Shown here: positions 53,601 through 63,807 of the stretch, in pieces | How positions within the stretch are numbered: position 1 is the first letter of the stretch | Layout: every line of letters starts with the position of its first letter | From: Felis catus | Lineage: Eukaryota | Direction of reading: 5' to 3' | DNA length: 64,000 nt | Assembly: GCF_018350175.1 (NCBI RefSeq) | Contig: NC_058369.1 | Location: forward strand, 25,546,001 to 25,610,000 | Notes under the pieces: model-generated | The model's database searches: none | The model's input: the letters and a program-made list of their open reading frames with translations, nothing else | Told to the model about the DNA's origin: nothing | Made by a program: the position numbers and the translations under genes

Positions 53601-56600
53601 AAGCCATCAAAAGCCTTGAGGAGAAAGCAGGCAACAACCTCTTTGACCTTGGCCGCAGCAACTTCTTACTCAACCCGTCTCCAGAGGCAAGGGAAACAAA
53701 AGCAAAAATGAACTATTGGGACCTCATCAAAATAAAAAGCTTCTGCACAGCGAAGGAAACAATCAGCAAAACTGAAAGGCAACCAACAGAATGGGAGAAG
53801 ATATTTGCAAATGACATATCAGATAAAGGGTTAGAACCAAAATCTATCAAGAACTTCTCAAACTCAACACCCAAAAAATAAATAATCCAGTGAAGAAATG
53901 AGCAAAAGACATGAATAGCTGCTTCTCCAAAGAAGACATCCAGATGGCCAACTGACACACGAAAAAATGCTCAACATCACTCATCATCTGGGAAATACAA
54001 ATCAAAACCACAAGGAGATACCACCTCACACCTGTCAGAATGGCTAACATTAACAACTCAGGCAACAACAGATGTTGGTGAGGATGTGGAGAAAGAGGAT
54101 CTCTTTTGCACTGCTGGTGGGAATGCAAACTGGTGCAGTCACTCTGGAAAACAGCATGGAGGTTCCTCAAAAAATTAAAAATAGAACTAGCCTATGACCC
54201 AGCCATTGCACTACAGGTATTTATCCAAGGGATACAGGTGTGCTGTTTCAAAGAGGCACATGTACCCCAATATTTATAGCAGCACTATTGACAATAGCCA
54301 ATGTATGGAAAAAGCCCAAATGTCCATCGATGGATGAATGGATAAAGAAGATGTGGTATATATATACAATGGAGTATTACTCAGCAATCAAAAGAATGAA
54401 ATCTTGTCATTCGCAACTATGTGGTTGGAACTGGGGGGTATTATGCTAAGTGAAATTAGTTGGTCAGAGAAAGACAAAAATCATATGACTTCACTCATAT
54501 GAGGACTTTAAGAGACAAAACAGATGAACATAAGGGAAAGGAAATGAAAATAATATAAAAACAGGGAGAGGACAAAACAGAAGAGACTCATAAATATGGA
54601 GAACAAACAGAGGGTTAGTGGAGGGGTTGTAGGAGGGGGGATGGGCTAAATGGGTAAGGAGCATTAAGGAATCTACTCCTGAAATCATTGTTGTATATAT
54701 GCTAACTAACTTGGATGTAAATTTAAAAAAAAAATTAAATTTAGGGGCGCCTGGGTGGCTCAGTTGGTTAAGCGTCCGACTTCAGCTCAGGTCACGATCT
54801 CACGGTCTGCGAGTTCGAGCCCCGCGTCGGGCTCTGGGCTGATGGCTCAGAGCCTGGAGCCTGCTTCCGATTCTGTGTCTCCCTCTCTCTCTGCCCCTCC
54901 CCCGTTCATGCTGTGTCTCTCTCTGTCTCAAAAATAAGTAAACGTTAAAAAAAATTAAAAAAATTAAATTTAAAATACATGAAAAAAAATTTTAATAAAA
55001 TAAAATGAAAAAAATTTTTTAAATTAATTAACAATATTTGGAATCGGAATGAAAAGGGAATTATCCATACAGATTCTTCAGACATTAAAAAGATAATAAA
55101 AATATTATGAGCAACTTTATGGTAACAAATTCAACAACTTAGAAGAAATGGAAAAGTTCTTTGGAAAATACAACTTATCAAAATCGACACAAAATTAAAT
55201 ACAAATTTGAATATCCCAATATCTATTAAAGAAATTGAATCCTTTTCAAAACCTTTCCCACAAGAAAATCCAATGACTTCACTGGTGAATGTGCCTCTAA
55301 AATATTTAAGAAATAATTAATACCAATTTTATAGAAAACTCTTTCAGAAAATAGAGAACATAAAACTCTCCAATTTCTTTCATAAGGACATCATAATCCT
55401 GATACTGAAACCTGGCAAAGACATTACAAAAATGTTAAGACCAACATCTCTCCTGAATTTAACCCCAAAAATCCTCAATAAAATGTTAGCAAATAATAAA
55501 CTATGGAAGTACTAGAAGAAAACATTATCTTGGAATGAGGAAAGCATTTCTAGCTATAATTTAAAATTCAGTAGACAAAGGAAAAGAATGGGGGCATCTG
55601 GCTGGCTCAGTCATTGGGGCATGCGACTTTTGATCTCAAGGTCATGGGTTCAAGCTCCATTCTGGGCATAGAAATTACTTAATAAAAAAATAAAAATAAA
55701 AAAGGAATAGAATGATGACTACATAAAAATAAAAAACCTTCCTTTTCCATTTACTTCAGGAACAATAAATCTAAATTCAAATAAAAAGGCTTCTGCAAGG
55801 CAAGATACATGATAAATAAAGTCAAAAAACAAATAATAAATATTTCCAAATACATCATACATATAAAAAGCCTAATGTCTTTAATATATGTGAATTACAT
55901 ATATATATATATTTACAATATAATACCCTGGGAAATTAATGTGTCTTAGACATATTAATATAATCAATATTAATGTATAAATAATATCTATATATATTAT
56001 ATCCTAGAAATCAGTAAGAAAAAGATCAATAATTCAATAGACAAACAGACAATGATAAGACCAAACATTTCACAAAGAAATACAAAACATTCTTAAATAT
56101 ATAAAAATATGCTTAATGCTTTACATAGTAAGAGAAATAAAAATTCTCTTATATTAGCAAAAACTCAAGTTTGATGATATTCTCTTGTTGAGGGTGGTGA
56201 GAGTTTAAACTGGTATAGCCCCTATGTAAGGTAATTTGACTATAGATTTTATTCTGGCATTTACTCTTCCAGAATTTGCTTTTTAGTCATACTTGCACAC
56301 ACATGAAATCATACCAGTATATAACACTATATAGGTGTAACAAAAAAAAAGAGAAAAAGTTTGTATGTGATAAGGAAAGGTCTCTAAGATAAAGTAATCA
56401 AAACAAAGAGGGAAAATAATACATATAGGACACTGTATTTTATGTAAAAAGATGGAAGAATAAGAACATATGTTTATATGGTTGTATGTGTAACAAAACT
56501 CAAGTGTATACATGGAAGTAGTAACATTGATAACCTGAGTTATACAGGTAGAAACATGGGAAGGAGACTCTTCAGATATATCTTTATTTTTTAAGCCACA

Positions 56601-59600
56601 TAAATATATTAAATATTGAAAACGATTTTAAGTAGTTTCTTTAAAAAAAATCCAGGCAGCTCATGGAATCTCTGAGTGCTAGATACAGACACAAACAATG
56701 CTTAAAATCCCATCCAAGTTTCCACTGCATTGACAATGGAAATGGCACCACCCCTGGAACCCGGCCACTACTGCCTAGGGAAGCTGGAGGCCTTATTAAC
56801 TGTCACAAAAACTGTTAGTATTTCTTCATTAAAAATGACTTGAGGGGTGCCTGGGTGGCTCAGTCAATTAAGCGTCCACCTCTAGATTTTGGCTCAGGTC
56901 ATGATCTCACAGTTTGTGGGTGAGAGCCCTACACTGGGCTCTTTGTTGGGTATGTGGAGCCTGCTTGGGATTCTTTCTCTCTCCCTCTCTCCTCTCTCTC
57001 TCTGCCCCTTGTCCCCTGCCTTCAAAATAAATAAATAAACATTTTTTTAAAAACACAACTTGAAGCACGGGAGGCTAAATACCTTGCCTAAGATATGCTA
57101 CTAGCAAGTGTGAAATTGTGATACAAACATAAGTGGTATGACTTTAAAACTCCCCCAACTAACTGCTATCCTGTGCTGTTGCCCTTAGATAGGCTGACTG
57201 GTCTGCTCTAGTAATTTTTTACCCTCTTTATATCATTGTAGTTAGTCATTCTAGTCTTTTCTATTTGCCACACATAGTTCTATGAAAGGATTGCTTTCAA
57301 TGACTTTATTGGGGAAGAATGAAGCATGGATTTAGTAATAGATCAAGTAATAGATCTAATAGATTAGTAATAGATCAAGTTTTCCAGATTCAGCTTTGGT
57401 TTTGCTTTCCAAATCATTCTATGTCTCTTCATTAGCACTGGATGATGTGAACAGCTCTGGCCAGGACTTTCTAAAATGTCATTAAATGTGTTCATACCTT
57501 AAAAACTTTAATCTGCTCCATTACTGTGGAGCACATAATAATAGTAGGATTCTCTTTCGGTTCTTCTTCCAGTTTGTCCTCTCCCAGAGACCGCTTTTTT
57601 GCTGCCTTTCTTTTTTCTTGCAATTCTTTCTTATGCTTCATTTGGAAAAATTTCAGTGTCTTAAAAACTTCTCGGGAAAATTCATCTACATCAGCTTCCA
57701 TGTTTTCTCCATTGAGGTCCAAAAAGCCTCCATCCATCCACCTGGATTGAAAGAAAAAATACTAAACTCAGAAATGTCTGGAGTGTAAAGGGAGACTTAG
57801 ATATTCTTTAGGCTCGACTCTCATAAGAGAAACAACTGTGGGCAAGAGAAGTTACGTTTTTCTTAATCACACAGGTAGAGCTGATCGTAGAAAGAGAAGA
57901 TTAACACCATCATCTCAGCCACGCTGCATGTGCTACAATACCTATCAGACTGTAAATGGATGACTAAGGGTAGCCAAATAAAATGCAGATTTGACTCCAA
58001 AAATATTAGTCAAATTCATTAATTGCATAAAAAAGTGAATCAGTTCTGGAAAACCCAAGTGACACTTTACGTATTATATTGGTAAGGGTAGGTGCTACCT
58101 TAGCAATGGTTGACACTTCTGTGTGACACTTGGTTCTCTTTCAAATGGATGAATATGTCCTACTTTCAAACACTTAACCAACAACAACATCAAATATCAC
58201 TGCAACATTTTACAAGTCCTTCCATATCATTTGCTTAATTTTTAAAAAAATGTTTATTTACTTTCGAGAGAGTACTAGCAGGGGAGGGGCAGAGAGAGAG
58301 GGAGACACAGAATCCAAAGCAGGCTCCAGGCTCTGAGCTGTCAGCACAGAGCCTGATGCGGGGCTTGAACCCATGAACCATGAGATCACGACCTGAGCTG
58401 AAGTCGGACGCTCAACCGACTGAACCACCCAGGTGCCCCAGATTTGCTTAATTTTTATTACACTAACAAAAATTACCGTTTTTCTGTTCGCTGCCACTTG
58501 AGAACAAAATTAAAAAACTTCTGATAGGGCTCAATGTTCACTTTTAATTTATCCAGTTCAGGATATTTTGTCAGTTCCCATTTGAAAAGTTCCTCTTCCT
58601 TATTAATAAACTGAACTGCTTCTTCAGACTCCTGAATACGTTTCTGTAGTTGCCTTACATCTGTCACATACTGAAAGCAAATAATTGTTTATCTCAAGAA
58701 ATATCCAAGTAACGTTATTAAAATAAGATTATATGACACTGCATGGGCTGTGTTCTTGCATTTATATTAAGGCTTTAAATATCAATTTCACAACAGAACT
58801 ATGGTATAGAGTACAGAGCAAAATGTATGGGTCTGTCTATTTTACAGGTAGAAAACTAAGTCACAAGAAAGATACATGAATAGTACCAGCTCAGGCCTAA
58901 GAGTCAGACCTTGTTTGCCAGAGTAAGCATATGTTTTTCATGTTTTTAAGTGTATGCAAACATGTCATGTATTAATCTACAGGCTTGTCATAGCTACCGT
59001 CTTCTGTGTTCACCACACCTGTTGCATGCGGTCCAGTTCTGCAAATTCTGTAAACTCTTCCATGCGGCGTGATTCCTTTTCTATTTCCAAAATCAGTTTC
59101 TCTCTCTTGGCTATCAGCTCATTTTCTTTTTCATGTTTTGCATTCTCAATAAGCTTTTTAAGAGACAATTTAATCAGGTTAATTATTTTGTTACAAAGGA
59201 AATTTATCAAATCAGAAATCTGAACGCTTTTTGTAGTAATAAAAACCACCACAGAAGTAAAAATGAGTACAAGAATGAAACACCAACCAGTATAAAAATG
59301 CAAATAATAATAAACCACACAGAAAATTTTCCCTAGCTTTCTGAAGTGATGGTAACAATTCTTACATATTAATTAGATACTTTATTTAACAGATAGATCC
59401 TGTGTGTCAAGAACTATTCAACACGTTACTTTATTAACACAGTTATTGTTATTATTCTTATTACTTCAGAGATGAAGACATTTAGACTTATAGAAATCAA
59501 GAGGTATGCCCAACGTCACAAGGTCATAAAAGTCAAGATCTGCATTAGAACTTGGGTTTATCTGACTGAAGTCCATGCTTTTTATTACTACACCATCTCA

Positions 59601-62600
59601 CTTCCCACCATAGGAGAGACTGCTTTACACTAGAACTTTTCCAAAATCTAAAGTATACTCAGTCTGATACTGGGCAAGTTACTTAACTTCTCTGAGGCTC
59701 ATTTTTCTCATCTATGAAATGGGGAATTAGGAACACCTGGGATTTTTGCGAGTATTAAATGAGTTACTAAATGCAAAGCACTTAAGGCAATGCTTACTAT
59801 TATTATTATTATCAACTTACAATAGTTCTGACCTCTTTTTTTTTCTGTTTCATTTGCAAAGTTTTTATTAGGACCTTTTATATATGACCTTTAGAGCTCA
59901 TAAATCACATTCTTAATCTGGCTCTGCTTACTACTTTTTCCCTCCAAGAAGTCTCCCAAAGTTATAAAAAATAGAAATTTATAAATATACATTGAGAATT
60001 ATGCACAGTTTTTACACAATAATAGTCAGGTCGATGTTTCCAGCTGTCTAATCATCTCCCAGGACCTCTCATCCAAAACAGAATGATGGACTCTGAAATC
60101 TCGACAGCAGAAATGGCAACTGTGGCCCCAACCCACCATCCGCCCTCAGCATCATGGCACTGGGCAGGTGTTGGTTTTGGACAGTCATGGCAAAAGAGGA
60201 ACTGCAGAAATGCTAGTTGGGATGGCGGTGCTGTGAGCAGAGGACAGCAAGCCGGGAAGGTTTCAGCCCTGTATCTGCCACAGCTCATACCTGGGACTGT
60301 ATTTAAACTCTTGGCCCAAGAATCGCCAAGAGCCGAACCACAGACTCAGCATAGGCCCATTCTGACCGTGGCCAACTGGAAGAGTTCCAGGCCATTACAA
60401 ACCTGAAAAACGCTTCCTTGGTCCAGAGTTGGGGAACCCAAATGTCTCCCTAGTCTGTCGTCCTCAGTCACTAACAAGCAGCTCTTTCCTTCCAGGCAAT
60501 GGGATGGAGTGCCTGGAGCTACAGTGAGGCCAGAGGGACATGGTAGCTGCTGTCAAGTAGTTCTGACCTCTTTAATGTCAGTCCGACTTCTTACCAAACC
60601 CTGTATTAAGCCTAACATCCTGTCCTAAGCCTGCAGGACCATAAACGTTGCTGGCCCCAAACTCATATTGACACACGAAGTTACTTTTTAAAGGTAGATT
60701 AAATAAATGTGCTTAAAACATCAGAATACAAAAGTACATACTGAAAAATATATTCACCTCATCATTTTCATCAAAGATGGGATTAATTTTCCAAGGCCAC
60801 ATAAGGACAGTTGAATTTAAAGCTAAGTCTTCTGGAGGAAATAGGAAAACATCTAAAAAGTAACTCATTCGGCGTTTGGATTCCTACAAAAGAAACTCCA
60901 GGTATAATACACCATATAGGAAATAAACGCATTAGGGAAAAGAAAAGAACCAACAATTTCTAATACTCTTTCAAATTTCAATTTGACTCAGATTATTAAC
61001 TGATATTTCATATTACCCAAATCACATGGGTATTTCAGTAGCTGTAGGATTATTTACTTGCTTCACACCACACAGCTGTAGACTTCTACGCTGGAAATAA
61101 AGCATTTTAAAGGTTTTTTCTTTAAAAAATTTTTTTAATGTTTATATATTTTTGAAAGAGAGAAAGACTGCGTGAGTGGGGGAGGGGCAGAGAGAGAGGG
61201 AGGCACAGAATCCGAAGCAGGCTCCAGGCTCTGAGCTGTCAGCACAGAGCCCAATGCGGGGCTCGAAACCACCAATTGTGAGATCATGACCTGAGCTGAA
61301 GTCAGACACTTCACCAACTGAGCCACCCAGGTGCCTCTAAAGGTTTCATCTTGAAGTTGACTAACCATAAAGGTACTCTTGGTCCTCCTTGTGCATGACT
61401 GAAAAAGGTGATCAAATATGCAGCTTTTGTTTGACACTTTCAACTTTTGATTTCAAAGAATTTTGTATTTTTGGGGTGCCTGAGTGGCTCAGTTGGTGAA
61501 GCGTCTGACTTCAGCTCAGGTCATGATCTCATGGTTCGTGGGTTTGAGCCCCATGTTGGGCTCTGTGCTGACAGCTCAGAGCCTGGAGCCTGCTTCAGAT
61601 TCTGTCTCCCTCTCTCTCTGTTCCTCCCCCACTCAAACTCCCTCTCTCTCTCTCTCTCTCTCTCAAAAAATAAATAAAGACTTAAATTTTTTAAATGAAT
61701 TTTATATTTTTTATTACTATGTATTTATTTTTGAATCCTTGGTGACATAGATTTTAGCATCTTTTGTTTTGTTTTGTATCTTCAATGACATTATCACCTT
61801 TCTTGCCTACCACTGATATACAGCAATTGTCCAGGAAGAGTTTGGGATGAAAGTCAGATCCTGTTTCCCATAGTAAGTACATGTTTTTCTTACATATTTT
61901 TCCTCTTTGCAAAGGGGAAAAATAACCTTAAACCAGTAGATTGACATGAATGGATAAATTGAGGACCTTTACCTCCTATCGCTTTCATTGATTCATATGC
62001 AGTGCTGTAATTTTTAAGAATTAAAATACATATTGAGGAGGGCACCTTTTGGGATGAGCACTGGGTGTTGTATGGAAACCAATTTGACAATAAATTTCAT
62101 ATATTGAAAAAAAAGAATTAAAATACAGACTCAAAGATCTAATTTACAAGTTTTTGGTATGACATATATAGTATATATGTATATAATATGTATATAATGT
62201 GTACAATGCATATTATATTGCATGTAGAAATACAACTTTCAAAACTTCATCTATGCAATTAACTATATTAATAGATTAAAGGAGAAAAAGCATAGATGCA
62301 AAAAAGAAAGGATTTAATAAAATTCAACATCCACTTATAATATAAAAAAAAAAAAACCTGAAAGGTACAGCCTCCAGTTATGGAATGAATACGTTATGGA
62401 GATAAAACGTACAGAATAGGGAATATAGTCAATGGTATTATAATAGTGCTGTATTGTGCAAATATGGTAACTACATTTGTGAGCACAGCATAAGGTACAG
62501 AGTTGTTGAATCACTATGTTGTAAACTTGAAACTGATGTGACGTTGTGTGTCAGCTATACCTCAATTTTTTTTAAAAAGGGGGGGAGCTCAAAATAAACA

Positions 62601-63759
62601 AATAAATAGCACCTAATAGAACAGCGCATACTAATCCAATAAAGGTACCTATTAAAGAAACACACACACACCAAATGTCATACTTAATAGTGAAATATTG
62701 AAAGCTCCCCCTTTGAGGTGGGGATCAAGTGATTACTGTACTAGAGTCCTAGTCAGTCCATCGTAGCAAAGAAAATAAACAAGATTTTGGAAATGTGTAA
62801 TGTTTATGAGGATAGAACCAAAACTCTCATTATTTGCAATTTATATGATGGTTTATGTAGACATCCCAAAAGAATCTCAACTATTAAGATAAAGAAGGGA
62901 AATAAAACATATGTAACATTTTTGAAGTTAAAGTTTTTAAAGAAAAAAGAAACCTCAAAAATTAAGAAAAAATTTAGCAATAGATATTAAGGTATACATA
63001 ACAATAAATTTATATTATAGCCCTAAGTAGAAAATAAATATCCCTTAGTTCATAGTGATATGAATAAGTAATTGAATAAATTAATAAGTGGAAAAGCAGA
63101 CAAATCTCTCATGCAGAAGAAATCCAAATAAATTATGTAGCTACTCCATGGTAAAGGAGGAGAGCATAACTCCCCAGTTCTGAAGTGTGGGTTGCATATA
63201 GTGACTTCCTTCCAGAGAGGACATCACAGAAAGGGGGAGAAAAGAGTGGAGAGACTTGATAAACACTACTTAAGACTAGTGGTCAAGGTCAACATTAATA
63301 ATGATAAGTCATGTTGATAATATGTACCCTTGATACGATGTGATGATGTGTGTACACTTAACCTTTGTGATTCTCTTTCCAAAAGCCCAGTACCTCAGTC
63401 TAGTCAAGAGAAAAACATCAGATGAATTCCAACAGAGGGCCATCCTATGATATACCTGACCTGTACTTCTCAACACTGTCAAGGCCATTAAAGAGCAAAA
63501 CAAAACAAAACAAATCTGAGAAACTATCAGAGCCCAGAGGAGCCTAAGAAAACACAACTAGGGGCGCCTGGGTAGTTCAGTTGGTTAAGTGTCTGACTTC
63601 AGCTCAGGTCACAATCTCACAGTCGGTGGGTTCAAACCCTGCATCAGGCTCTGTGCTGACAGCTGAGAGCCCGGAGCCTGCTTCGGATTCTGTGTCTCCC
63701 TCTCTCTCTCTGCCCACCCCACCCCCATACTCTATCTCTCTTAAAAATAAACATTAAAA

Positions 63760-63807
<48 letters not shown>

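Noticed and set aside
57330..57380. Short nested repeats of (ttag)taatagatc(aag)
   Set aside because: Small slippage-type duplications with no supportable function.
60052..60406. 107-aa (+) and 78-aa (-) ORFs as a nested gene
   Set aside because: No recognisable domain; they lie inside the TSD-flanked UTR-like insert and are plausibly chance ORFs in GC-richer sequence.
463..61750. Dozens of similar 60-95 aa ORFs (MAQLVK.../AQVMIS.../[12 protein letters not shown]...) suggesting a peptide family or repeat array
   Set aside because: All are translations of dispersed CAN-SINE copies; the spacing is irregular and there is no repeat-spacer structure, so neither a gene family nor CRISPR-like.
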